64,000 bases of DNA from a virus. Taxonomy: Duplodnaviria; Caudoviricetes. Each line of letters starts with the position of its first letter. Position 1 is the stretch's first letter. Where the stretch lies: positions 32,001 to 96,000 of the IMG/VR virus record IMGVR_UViG_3300032007_000037. One strand, given 5' to 3'. Under the pieces are notes generated by a model. It worked only from the letters and a program-made list of their open reading frames with translations, had not been told where the DNA came from and searched no databases. The position numbers and the translations under genes are program-made. Shown piece by piece: positions 27,238 through 37,342 of this stretch.

Positions 27238-28599
27238 TTATCCCCAAGTAAGCTGGGTAGCAATAGCCTCAAGTGCATCTTCTACACCTGCATCCTGTAC
27301 AATCTGGTTAGCAGTAACTAAATTAACACCATTTGTCTTAAGTACTCCTTCTTCATATGTAACAGTATCACCACCTGTTCCAGGAGTAAGTGATCCATTT
27401 CTCCAAGCTTCTATAAGAGATGAAAGAGCAGATATGTTTTGAGATGTTTCTGTACTTCCAACAACTGCTTGTTGAGCCCTTGAAACAGTAAAGTACTTAT
27501 TAAGAGTACCTTCAGGCACATTGTCAGTTGTACCAGGAGACGCAGAAATCTCTACAAGATTTGCATCAGATTCATTACTGCATCTCCAAGTCTTATTGGA
27601 AAAGTCTCCTGCACCTACAGTAACATATATTACACTCTTTTTAGCATGAGCGGAGGCAATAGCCCAAGTACCGCTAGGGGAACAAGAAACTAGTTGAGTT
27701 ACATTATTGAAAGAAGTACCTGAATTAAGAGTTACAGCATTGTAATATTTACCTACAACAGGTACAATATCATAGCTTGAAGGAATATCAGTGCCTTCAT
27801 ATACTGACTTAGGAGTATCACCTTTTAAATAGCGTTCTGTACTTCCTACAGTTTTTACAAGTACTACATCAAGCTCTTCTACTTCCTCTACATAACTGGG
27901 TAACTGACTTGTTGGAACCTTACCATCAATAAGATCAGCCTTTGTATTAGTCTGAATAGGTTGATATACATCATACTTGTAACCATACTCTCCTGTATTA
28001 CTATTACGAACAAATACAGTGCCTGGCAGATAAACACCAGTCGGTATAACAGAGTTTAGATCAGTTTCAAAACCTTCGTATGTTACATATGTATGACCAC
28101 TAGAAGCAGTAGATGCTCTTGCAATTAAAGTAGCTTCGTCTGTAACATGTTCTGCTATGCCTTTAACCGCAGTAACAGATATTTTACCATTCTCGTCACC
28201 TATGATAGCGTCTGTTAACTGAATTGCATTAAAGTGTCTTGTAGATGTTCCAGTTTCACTTGCAGGCTTGTTGGTACGCTTAAAGAAAGTCAAAGGAGGA
28301 TATGTACCACCCTTTACAGTTGGTGTATTACTCTGAGCAGTAAAGCCCTTAAGGGTAACATATATAGTTCCTTCAGCCGCATTAAGACCGCAAGCAATCA
28401 GTTCTTCGCGTGACTCTACAGTACCTACACCATAGTTTACACCTCCTACCATGATAGTGTGTTTATGCTCACCATCAGTAGTAAAGAATATAGTACCAGG
28501 TTCAGTAGACTTAGCAGCCTCAGCAGCAGCAAAAGTAGTCTGCTTGAACTTAACATTCATACCTGCCAAAAGTTGGCTTAAATTTTGTCCATTTGCCAT
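27238..28599 (-). CDS. tail fibre protein
   Basis: VKF...GTIFFTTD...GGVNYG module; ADLIDGKVPTSQLPSYV; TTDNVPEGTLNKYFT. Confidence 0.8.
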   Translation of the reverse strand: MANGQNLSQLLAGMNVKFKQTTFAAAEAAKSTEPGTIFFTTDGEHKHTIMVGGVNYGVGTVESREELIACGLNAAEGTIYVTLKGFTAQSNTPTVKGGTYPPLTFFKRTNKPASETGTSTRHFNAIQLTDAIIGDENGKISVTAVKGIAEHVTDEATLIARASTASSGHTYVTYEGFETDLNSVIPTGVYLPGTVFVRNSNTGEYGYKYDVYQPIQTNTKADLIDGKVPTSQLPSYVEEVEELDVVLVKTVGSTERYLKGDTPKSVYEGTDIPSSYDIVPVVGKYYNAVTLNSGTSFNNVTQLVSCSPSGTWAIASAHAKKSVIYVTVGAGDFSNKTWRCSNESDANLVEISASPGTTDNVPEGTLNKYFTVSRAQQAVVGSTETSQNISALSSLIEAWRNGSLTPGTGGDTVTYEEGVLKTNGVNLVTANQIVQDAGVEDALEAIATQLTWG

Positions 28600-28623
28600 A
28601 ATTATAAAAGTTTTAATAGATTA

Positions 28624-28878
28624 TTATTCGTTCCATTTTAAAGTTGAATTATTCTTTGGTACAAGATTTTCTAATGTTGTACCACCTTGCCACCAGTATT
28701 CTACCACATTGCTGCCTTCTACAATCCCTACTGTCAAACCAACACAAATCAATTCATCTTGTGCAAGTATTGATTGGGCTGCATTCTTTGACAAGTAAGG
28801 GCCATATCTGACATCTAAATTTGGTAAATCTGATCTTGTGGTTAAAAAGCCACCATTATTTGCTGTTATATTTGCCAT
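28624..28878 (-). CDS. small structural/fibre module protein
   Basis: LDVRYGPY...GLTVGI...EYWW.GG. Confidence 0.6.
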   Translation of the reverse strand: MANITANNGGFLTTRSDLPNLDVRYGPYLSKNAAQSILAQDELICVGLTVGIVEGSNVVEYWWQGGTTLENLVPKNNSTLKWNE

Positions 28879-28889
28879 ATTTAAATATT

Positions 28890-30950
28890 TTAAAATGTTA
28901 CTGCAATTGAATCATTGGGATCATACCCTGTAACGAGTCTATTACCAAATACTTTATAGGTCATACCATTAACCTGAATGTCATCATGGGGACAAGTGCT
29001 ATCATTTACAACGTCCAATACTTGTTGAATGCCTCCAGATGTAAAGGTTATCTGTGCAGGTGCTTTGCCTTCTTGATATAATAGATAGAAGATATTGTTA
29101 TCACCAAACGTTCTTGTATAAGTAGGATTGCTTGAAATACTATAATGTGTGGCACCTTCTATCAAGTCTGCATTAGACAATCCTCTGAACTGAGATTTAG
29201 TGCCATTTGTCCAACCTACATAATAATCAGATACTCCACTTTCAGCAAAGATTGCATAGTATGTAAGGTTCCTTCTACCTATTCTACTATTTAATGTTAT
29301 ACCATTCTTAGCATTTGGGTCAGTATTCCAACCTACGAAGTTATACCCTTTTTTGATAGGTTTGCTGGGTATTTCAATAGGGGTGCTGGTAGGCCCAGTA
29401 ACTGAATAAACTTCTACATCATCAACAATAAATTTTACTGTGTACTCTATAGCAGGTTGTGGAACAGCTTGCCAAACAGCTACCAAGAGATAATCTTCTT
29501 GTACATTTTCGATAATATCATTTGGATATAAATATCTACCACTACCTAATGTACCAATAGACCATTTTACAAATTCATTTTTTTCTCTAGTAAAACTGCA
29601 AACAGGAACTACAAAGTTCTGACCTGCTTCAACTGATACAGAAGTCATTGTCCCATCACCTCCGTTACTATCAAAGGTTATTGTATAAGAATGCTTTGCA
29701 ATAGCCCTATATGTAAGGGTTAGAGGCTCTGATACTACAGGATGTCCTTCTACATAAGAAGAAATAACTGTAATTGTTACATCTTTATCCTCAAGTATAT
29801 TAGGTGCAGTAACAGTTACCCGATTAAGTGAACCACTAGAAGTAGAAGGATTTACACTACCGTCTGTTACCCTGATAAGACAACTCGCATACCTAGATAC
29901 ATCAGCAGTTGTTCCATCGGTATAATGGGCAATTACATGAGGTTTTGTAAGTGTAGCTTCCTCCCCACCATAGATTTCACTTTGAATGGAGCCTCCTTCA
30001 AGAGTAATTGAAGTAATATCTTTATTCATAATCCAATCAGGTGTTGCAATTACATTTTCAGTAACCAGATACCTACTTGCTTGAAGATACTTAACATTAT
30101 TTATAATCCAGTTGGGCTCAAGTCTATATCCATCTTTTGAGCCAGCGTATATAGGAAGATTTACATACTCCCCTTGCATACAGCTTACTGAAGTAACATA
30201 TCCTGAACCACCATTTAAGTCAAAGGAAACAGTACAAACAGGTTTCCAGACGGCATATAATACAATGTTTGTATCAATATTCTCTATGGCCTCCCCTTCA
30301 GCATATGTCTCACTGGATGTAGGAGAATTTACCGCCCACTTAAAGAAACCATAACTATCATACCTAAAACTACAAGAAGGTACAATATACTCAGAACCAG
30401 TAATCACAACAGTTGGCATATAGCCAGTACCTCCGTTAGAATTGAAGGTTATAGTATATTTAGGATCGAAAGGCGAAGGATCATCTTTATGGAACTCTTC
30501 AAGTCTTTCAATTCTACTTTCAATACTTTCCATTTCAGCTTCTATTGAGGAAATATGTTCATTGGCTGTTGTAATTAAAGCACGAACTGTCTCAATACTA
30601 CTTGTTAAAGTATTAATCTTTGAAGTAAGTATTGTGTTGTTTGTGTTTATTGTGGCCATTAAGTTAGAAACTTTCTTGGCTACAGCTCTTTCAGAAGGAT
30701 ACTTTATATCATCTGCGTATATATCACCAGTTTCTGTTTGATTGTACTCTCTGATGTTTGGTGTTTTATTTACCTCATATTCAAAACCCAATTCTCCAAC
30801 GTCAATACCCTTTCCACTGATAATAGCATTCTTAACTTTAGAATCAAGTTTATCCCAAGTAACAGAACTGTCCTTTAATATAAAGGCCATCTTCTGTTTT
30901 GGTTTGCCCTTTAAAGGAGATTCTCCAAGATATTTTTCCTTTGCTGCCAT
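28890..30950 (-). CDS. virion protein with coiled coil, InlB B-repeat (Listeria-Bacteroides repeat) and Ig-like domains
   Basis: Repeated YTITF(N/D)SNGG.G.M...W...LYAVW; P.KKGYNFVGW...YYAIF. Confidence 0.8.
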   Translation of the reverse strand: MAAKEKYLGESPLKGKPKQKMAFILKDSSVTWDKLDSKVKNAIISGKGIDVGELGFEYEVNKTPNIREYNQTETGDIYADDIKYPSERAVAKKVSNLMATINTNNTILTSKINTLTSSIETVRALITTANEHISSIEAEMESIESRIERLEEFHKDDPSPFDPKYTITFNSNGGTGYMPTVVITGSEYIVPSCSFRYDSYGFFKWAVNSPTSSETYAEGEAIENIDTNIVLYAVWKPVCTVSFDLNGGSGYVTSVSCMQGEYVNLPIYAGSKDGYRLEPNWIINNVKYLQASRYLVTENVIATPDWIMNKDITSITLEGGSIQSEIYGGEEATLTKPHVIAHYTDGTTADVSRYASCLIRVTDGSVNPSTSSGSLNRVTVTAPNILEDKDVTITVISSYVEGHPVVSEPLTLTYRAIAKHSYTITFDSNGGDGTMTSVSVEAGQNFVVPVCSFTREKNEFVKWSIGTLGSGRYLYPNDIIENVQEDYLLVAVWQAVPQPAIEYTVKFIVDDVEVYSVTGPTSTPIEIPSKPIKKGYNFVGWNTDPNAKNGITLNSRIGRRNLTYYAIFAESGVSDYYVGWTNGTKSQFRGLSNADLIEGATHYSISSNPTYTRTFGDNNIFYLLYQEGKAPAQITFTSGGIQQVLDVVNDSTCPHDDIQVNGMTYKVFGNRLVTGYDPNDSIAVTF

Positions 30951-30951
30951 A

Positions 30952-31341
30952 CTAATCCTCCTCTACAATAATTTGAACATCAGACTGAGGATTACTGGCA
31001 ATTTCATCAATATCGTGTATGACCTTGACTACTTCAGTATCTTCAATCTTTTTAACTCTGTGAGCTAATTCCGTAATCTCACCACAATGTAATTTTCCCA
31101 TCTTTAAATAATCAGGATAAGACATTAAACATTCCGTACCATAGAAACAGTCTAAAACCTGTTCTATCAAGCGATAATCATCCTTAGTAAGAATGCCTCT
31201 ATAGTCATTCATTACAAAGTCTCTATAAAAGCTGTATACCAAAAGTTTGTTTGGTATCGCACCCTTTAGATATCCTGTTACTTCCAGTATATCGTAATAG
31301 GACTTAAGCATATTATAAAGGATATTATCCATGACAACCAC
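30952..31341 (-). CDS. crAss-type structural hypothetical protein
   Basis: YYDILEVTGY...CLMSYP; coupled to neighbours. Confidence 0.65.
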   Translation of the reverse strand: MVVMDNILYNMLKSYYDILEVTGYLKGAIPNKLLVYSFYRDFVMNDYRGILTKDDYRLIEQVLDCFYGTECLMSYPDYLKMGKLHCGEITELAHRVKKIEDTEVVKVIHDIDEIASNPQSDVQIIVEED

Positions 31342-31933
31342 AACGTTTTACATTAAACTCTTTCTTGTTTGCAAAGAGCATATTATAGAATCTGATTGCA
31401 GAGTTCCAATGCTCTGTTATAATAGATGCTTTGAAAGCATTCCACAATAAAATGAAATCAACAAAGTCTCTTGAAGGCTCTACACATCCCTTAGCCAGTT
31501 CCTTGGTATAGCCCATCACCTTTTGGTATAAAAGAGTGTCATCAAAAACAGCAGAGATTGTAGTAAGACTATCAAGTTCACAAGGAATACAACTATAACA
31601 AGGGTCTAATTCACCATCGCGTTTACAAACAAATAGGACAAAGAATAAATCCTTTGAGAAATTATTTGGGGCGGTAGGAGTAAACCCTTGGTCATTTGGG
31701 TTTAAAGCCAAATGTGCCTCAGTCTGATTGCCTTCAAAGACTTTTTTATATATATAATCCTCTTCAAATAGCTCAGAAGCAATTTCTGAGATATTATCAG
31801 CAGTCTTTATGATGATTTTATCAAGGTAGAAATTCTTGAATGCATCTGCCTTGTTTACATGTACATCTATAAGAAGCTGATTTCCATTATCTGAAACTCT
31901 AAGTTGATCAACAATTATCATGATATTTTGCAA
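31325..31933 (-). CDS. crAss-type structural hypothetical protein ending CGCHG
   Basis: First gene of - strand operon; Cys-rich C-terminus. Confidence 0.65.
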   Translation of the reverse strand: MQNIMIIVDQLRVSDNGNQLLIDVHVNKADAFKNFYLDKIIIKTADNISEIASELFEEDYIYKKVFEGNQTEAHLALNPNDQGFTPTAPNNFSKDLFFVLFVCKRDGELDPCYSCIPCELDSLTTISAVFDDTLLYQKVMGYTKELAKGCVEPSRDFVDFILLWNAFKASIITEHWNSAIRFYNMLFANKKEFNVKRCGCHG

Positions 31934-31943
31934 TTATCTTGCG

Positions 31944-31951
31944 CAAATTTA
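31944..31951 (-). promoter_or_regulatory. Bacteroidetes-type -7 promoter of the structural operon
   Basis: TAAATTTG on - strand. Confidence 0.6.
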
Positions 31952-32231
31952 AATATAAGATGTATGTATTATCGGGAGATAAACAGATGGCTTAAAGGTA
32001 CTTAAAAAGTGACTTAACCTTTAAGGAAAAATACAAGTAGTTAAGGTAATAGTATCCTTTTATTTTATGATAGTCTCATAGAGAAAAACTGGTTAATTAC
32101 ACCTCCCACGTTCATACAATTTACTTGAGATAGTAGGGGAAGAGGGGAGGGAGTGGGTATTAATATTATCAAGTTTCTTAAGATGAAATTAATCAAGATT
32201 TAAGTTTGGCAAATTCTAATGTGTATTAGAT

Positions 32232-32239
32232 TACATTTG
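32232..32239 (+). promoter_or_regulatory. Bacteroidetes-type -7 promoter (divergent)
   Basis: TACATTTG 16 nt before ATG 32256, TTTG upstream at ~32205. Confidence 0.65.
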
Positions 32240-32255
32240 CACAAATTTAACTATC

Positions 32256-32576
32256 ATGTGGATAAAAAATGTATTCAGTTATTTAGGCAAAGCAGTTCAA
32301 AGCAACACAGGAATAAGCTCCTTATCATTAATAGTAATAGCAATTGGTGTAATGTCAGTTGTTACTTTAGTGGTAATATGTGCCTGTATGCTTGTTGAGG
32401 TAATATTTAATCATACAATCTCTTCTTCATTGGAAGGATATGCGGCTATTATTACTTCATTGTCTACTCTTGTAGCTGCTGTAATGGTTCCTAAGGCAGT
32501 AAATAACTATGGTGAAAGTAAGTATTTCAAAGATTATAATGAAAGTAATGTAGAAGAAACCGAAAATCTTCTATAA
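32256..32576 (+). CDS. holin-like two-TM membrane protein
   Basis: Two TM segments, acidic C-terminal tail. Confidence 0.55.
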   Translation: MWIKNVFSYLGKAVQSNTGISSLSLIVIAIGVMSVVTLVVICACMLVEVIFNHTISSSLEGYAAIITSLSTLVAAVMVPKAVNNYGESKYFKDYNESNVEETENLL

Positions 32577-32609
32577 TTATTTTTTGATTGGTTAATTAGT
32601 TATGGTTTC

Positions 32610-32643
32610 AGTCTACTTTGTTGTGAAACACGGTAGACTTTTT
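32610..32643 (+). terminator. GTGA-tetraloop hairpin with 1x1 internal loop and T-run (copy 3)
   Basis: AGTCTACT-T-TGTT-GTGA-AACA-C-GGTAGACT-TTTT. Confidence 0.65.
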
Positions 32644-32691
32644 ATTGCAATTAAGTCATAAGACATTTAATAATAACTAACGTTAAGTATT

Positions 32692-33024
32692 ATGAAAAGA
32701 AAAAGAAATTTTAATTATGATGAGTGTCAGGAAGTAAGGTGCGGAAAAAGATGGTCAAGGGCAGAAGACCTTCGTCTAATCCGCCAAGTACAATCAAGAC
32801 CTCAAAATCTTCATTATTGTTTTACTATTGTAGCCGATGAACTTGGTAGAACAGAAAGTGCAGTTTCAGGCAGATGGTATTCCAAGGTTTCCAAAGACCC
32901 TGCTAATCTGTGCTTCTTTACTGCTTCTTCCAAACATGTATCTAAGAACAGGAAGAATGGAGAAGGTGAAAAGTCTAATCCAAGCATATGGGTAAAGTTA
33001 GTTAATATTATTAGGAACCTGTAG
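32692..33024 (+). CDS. Myb/SANT-like HTH protein
   Basis: KRWSRAEDLRL...VADELGRTESAVSGRW. Confidence 0.65.
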   Translation: MKRKRNFNYDECQEVRCGKRWSRAEDLRLIRQVQSRPQNLHYCFTIVADELGRTESAVSGRWYSKVSKDPANLCFFTASSKHVSKNRKNGEGEKSNPSIWVKLVNIIRNL

Positions 33025-33025
33025 T

Positions 33026-33670
33026 ATGTCAATGGTATACATCACTGACCTCCAAGAGCTTGTATCTCAGTGGTTAGACAGAATGAAAGATGTAACTCAG
33101 CCTGAACCATATAGAGATGCTCTAAATGAATGTATTTATGAGGTCAATAAAATTATTGAGAGGGCTATTGATACTGAGGCAAATTGCCAGCAACAATTAG
33201 ATGAGCAGTGGGCAGATGCCTTTTTATCCAGTTTACAAGCAGATGAATTTGTTGCATAAAAGTAAAATTAAATATAAACACAGCTTTATTTTATGAACTA
33301 TAGCACAACCACAATTAACAAATGTAGCAAAATAAGCATTAATGGGAAAATCTATGAGAACATAAAAGGTACAATGGAAATTACAGACAAGGGTATCTTT
33401 GTTAACGGACAACCCATTGAAGAGTATAAGGAACCTACCGTTGTTTATTTAATTATTGAAGGAGACGTTGAATGTATAACTTCAGATTGTGGAGATATTA
33501 CAGTACATGGTTCTGCAAAAACCATTAATTCAAAGAATGGAAATGTAATCATTAAAAGCACTGTCGAAGGTAATGTAGAATCTAAAAATGGTAACATTAC
33601 GATTACTGGGGGTGTTAATGGTGATGTTACTTCAAAAAATGGTAATATAATGTATAATTCATTAATATGA
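33026..33670 (+). CDS. two small genes: 33026-33259 hypothetical; 33293-33670 beta-helix repeat protein
   Basis: G(D/N)V.SKNGN(I/V) repeats in the second. Confidence 0.65.
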
Positions 33671-34884
33671 CTAGAGAGGAAATTTTCAAAGAGTGTGTTG
33701 AAAAGATAGCTAAAACTAATTGCCTATTATTACAGGCAGCGACTGGTACAGGTAAGTCAAAACTGGCCATTGATAATATCAACAGACTCATCAATCAGTC
33801 TAAATATGACAGTCATAAAGTAATTAATATTCTCTTGTTAGTAGATAGAGATGTTCATAAGATTACTTGGACCAATGAACTTGATAAATGGGGAGGAATA
33901 AAACATAAAAATCTTAAGACTAATATAGTCAAAGAATGCTACGCATCTCTCCACAAGCATTGTACAGAACATTGGGATGTAATACTTGCTGATGAGTGTC
34001 ACCATCTATCATCTGACCTTAAGAGAGAATTGCTAAAGACTATTACATTTGACTATTTCATTGGGCTCAGTGCTACTATTCCAAGAAAACTTCAGCAATT
34101 CTTTAAATTCAGATACCATGCTGAAGTTGTTTCTTGTGATGTTGTAGAAGCCATTGATAGTGGTATCCTTCCAGAACCTCAAATACTATTATATCCATTA
34201 ACTCTTGATAATAGAAATCCCTGTTACACATGGGAAATCAATGCTAAAGTTAAGGGACAAACCTATCATGGTTCTATTAACGAGATATGGAAATATAAGA
34301 AATTAAAGGTTCATGCTATTTTAACTTGTACTGAGAAACAGAAAGCAATAGAATACAATAAGCTAATTGAATGGGAAAAAAATAAATTTATGCAGACCAG
34401 AAACGAAGGCATTCATCAGTCTTGGTTATTCCATGCTGGTAAAAGGCTTGAATTCTTATCTGACATAAAACTTCCTATTATAAAAGATATCGCAAGACAT
34501 CTTTCCAATCAAAGAGCTATTATATTCTGTAGATCTGTTAGTCAGGCAACAGAAGTAAGTAAGAACTGCATTCATTATCAGAATAAAGACTCTAAGCAGA
34601 TATACGAAGATTTCAATGCAAAGAAGTTGAATCAGATCTCTGCTGTTAATATTCTGAATGAGAATGCCAATCTTGTTGATTGCAAATATGCAGTCTTCTG
34701 CAATTTCTCTTCTTCAGAGGTGGTTATTCCCCAGAGATTGGGTAGGTCTATGAGGCATAAAGCACCTGTAATAGTGTTTCCTTACTATACAGGAACAAGA
34801 GAGGAAGAAATAGTAAAGGATTACATTAAAGATTTCAATAAAGATTTTATTAAAGTTATTCATTCAATAAAAGAAATAGTATGA
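33667..34884 (+). CDS. superfamily 2 (DExH) helicase
   Basis: ATGTGKS, DECHH, GLSAT, QRLGRSMR. Confidence 0.92.
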   Translation: MTREEIFKECVEKIAKTNCLLLQAATGTGKSKLAIDNINRLINQSKYDSHKVINILLLVDRDVHKITWTNELDKWGGIKHKNLKTNIVKECYASLHKHCTEHWDVILADECHHLSSDLKRELLKTITFDYFIGLSATIPRKLQQFFKFRYHAEVVSCDVVEAIDSGILPEPQILLYPLTLDNRNPCYTWEINAKVKGQTYHGSINEIWKYKKLKVHAILTCTEKQKAIEYNKLIEWEKNKFMQTRNEGIHQSWLFHAGKRLEFLSDIKLPIIKDIARHLSNQRAIIFCRSVSQATEVSKNCIHYQNKDSKQIYEDFNAKKLNQISAVNILNENANLVDCKYAVFCNFSSSEVVIPQRLGRSMRHKAPVIVFPYYTGTREEEIVKDYIKDFNKDFIKVIHSIKEIV

Positions 34885-35284
34885 GAAAATATTTAGTTAG
34901 GTTTACTACTACTAGCGGTGGTTATGACAAGGAGTGGTGTTGGGCCCATTCTGAAGAAGAAGCTGAAAATAAAATCAGAGCAGGCCATTGGAATATTCAA
35001 TCCATTGACTTGATAACAGAGATATGACATATGGGATATATTAGCTCCACGTGAGTTTGAAGATATTTCCGATGTATAAACCATTTAACATTATTATACG
35101 AAAACATAAAATGATCTATGCAAGAATTATAGGTTTCATCATGGGAACCTTGGTATTGTTTTACTACGTGTTTGTGGTATTGCAATGTTTTGGTATTATC
35201 CGTTTCTCCAGAGAACAGATATCCTTTCCAAAAGTGTTAATACCGTTTTATTACTTTTTCAAATAATATTTAAATTAAAAAGAA

Positions 35285-36502
35285 ATGAAAGAAATTAAAG
35301 TTACAAAGACTGCCATTATTGGCATTTTCTCAGCTATTATCATTGTTGCAATGTTGTTCTTGTTCCAAGGACTATTTGAGGATTGTGATAAATCCAAAAT
35401 CTATGTTAATCAGTTCCCATTATCAGGTAAATATGCAGTATGGACTGACGGAGGTCTCCAAAAGCAGTTTTGGGGTAATCTGAATGAGTACAACAAGACC
35501 TCACAGGTAGAGTTCACAGGCGTAGAAAAGAATGAAGATGGTTATATTGCTACTGGAGATAATCCTGGTGCAGCTGTTACCTTTAATGATAGAGGTAAAG
35601 GTTTCTTGATAGGCTCTTTAAGAGTAGTATTGCCTATAGACTTTGAACACATGGCTAAAATTCAGCAGGATTTCGGTTCTGAAGCAGCTCTTATATCAAC
35701 CTTGATTAGGCCTACTCTATATAAAGTTGTTACCTCTTGTGGTCCTCTTATGTCATCTTTGGAGTCTGTAAGTGAAACCAGAACTGACTTGATTCAGTAT
35801 ATAACAGATCAATTAAATAATGGAGTATATAAGACAAAGACTCAAAAGGTTACTATTGTCAATGAGCTTACTGGAGACAGTGATATTGTAGCTAAAGCCG
35901 AGTTGATTATGGATAATGCAGCACCTGGCGGCTATAAGAGACAGGAGGTTTCTCCCTTCTCCCAGTATGGTATTACCTGTAATCTTGTTTCAATTACTGA
36001 TATCAAGTATGATAAGGTTACTCAAGACCAAATTGATGCTCAGAAAGCAGCTAACTTGGCTGTTGTAACTGCCAAGACCAAATCTTTGGAAGCTATTCAG
36101 AAGACTATTTTGGTAACAGAACAAGGTAAACAGGCAGCTGAGACAGCTAAGTGGGAACAAGAGAAGGAAAAGGCTAAGGCTGTAACTAAAGCAGAACAAG
36201 AGAAAGAAGTATCAAGGCTTGCAGCAGAAAAGGCTAAGTATGAAAAAGAGAGAATTGTTGCAGAAGGTGAGGCTCAAGCAGCAGCCAACAGAGCTAAAGT
36301 TGCAGCAGGATTAACTCCTCAGGAACGGGCAGAGTGGGATTATAAGACTACTGTAGGTGTTGCAGAGGCTTTAGCTAATTCTAACGTTCGTTGGGTTCCT
36401 GAAGTTATTATGACTAATGGTGGAGGCAGTGGCAGTGCTATGGATGCAGTTGGTCTTAACATGATGTTGGAAGTTGTTAAGAAAATGAATGACAAGAAGT
36501 AA
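35285..36502 (+). CDS. SPFH/band-7 (flotillin-like) membrane protein
   Basis: N-terminal TM, SPFH core, AE-rich coiled coil, WVPEVI. Confidence 0.85.
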   Translation: MKEIKVTKTAIIGIFSAIIIVAMLFLFQGLFEDCDKSKIYVNQFPLSGKYAVWTDGGLQKQFWGNLNEYNKTSQVEFTGVEKNEDGYIATGDNPGAAVTFNDRGKGFLIGSLRVVLPIDFEHMAKIQQDFGSEAALISTLIRPTLYKVVTSCGPLMSSLESVSETRTDLIQYITDQLNNGVYKTKTQKVTIVNELTGDSDIVAKAELIMDNAAPGGYKRQEVSPFSQYGITCNLVSITDIKYDKVTQDQIDAQKAANLAVVTAKTKSLEAIQKTILVTEQGKQAAETAKWEQEKEKAKAVTKAEQEKEVSRLAAEKAKYEKERIVAEGEAQAAANRAKVAAGLTPQERAEWDYKTTVGVAEALANSNVRWVPEVIMTNGGGSGSAMDAVGLNMMLEVVKKMNDKK

Positions 36503-36504
36503 GC

Positions 36505-37342
36505 ATGAAACTAACCATTGATACAGAGGTTCTCTCCAAGGAAAATTTAATCCTTGGAGAGTTCCTCTTAATGCTAATGGGCTATTATGAAATAGATTAT
36601 GTTCAAACATTCAGTGGGCTTGTAGATAGAAATATAGTGCAAAAGAATCTTATCAAGCCTACATCTATTACACTGCCCAATAAAACTAAAAATCTGATTA
36701 CAGCAATTCTTACTGAATCTGAAAAAAATGAAAATAATAATTGATGATAAAGTATGTACCAAGCATAAAATGACATTAAATGAAGTACTATTGGCATTGT
36801 TATATAGAAATTGCAACGATGTTGTTAAGATCTATAATAATATGCTAAATAGACAAATTCTTACGAACAAGAATGGTAATGTCTATGTTACTCAAAGATG
36901 GTCAGAAGTGCTTGATGTTATACTTGCAGACTCTGGTACAAGTCAAGACGAGGAAAGACTAAAGAATCTTGCTGCTAAAATGAGGGAATCCTATCCTGAA
37001 GGCAGAATGATTGACAGATATACTGGCAAACCCACACCTTATTATTTCAGGTGTAATCCTTCTGAAATTCAGAATAAACTCAAAACATTCTTTAACAGAT
37101 ATGGTAATAAATCTGATGAGGAGATATTAGATGCTGAAAGAAGGTATGTGGAAAGCTTTAATGGCAATTTCCAACAAGCAGGATTCAGACTACTTAAATA
37201 TTTTATCTGGAAAGATAATCCCAAACAAGGCCCAGATGGGAACTATGTTGAATCTATCTCTCCTCTTCTTGACTTTTTAGCAAATAAAGAAGATGAAGGG
37301 GTGAAAATAAACAGTGATGACTGGCAAAATAGGATGATATAA
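36505..37342 (+). CDS. tandem paralogues 36505-36744 (truncated) and 36728-37342, putative replication initiator/helicase loader
   Basis: MKLTID...L.LGEFLLML vs MKIIID...MTLNEVLLAL; directly upstream of the DnaB-like gene. Confidence 0.55.
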
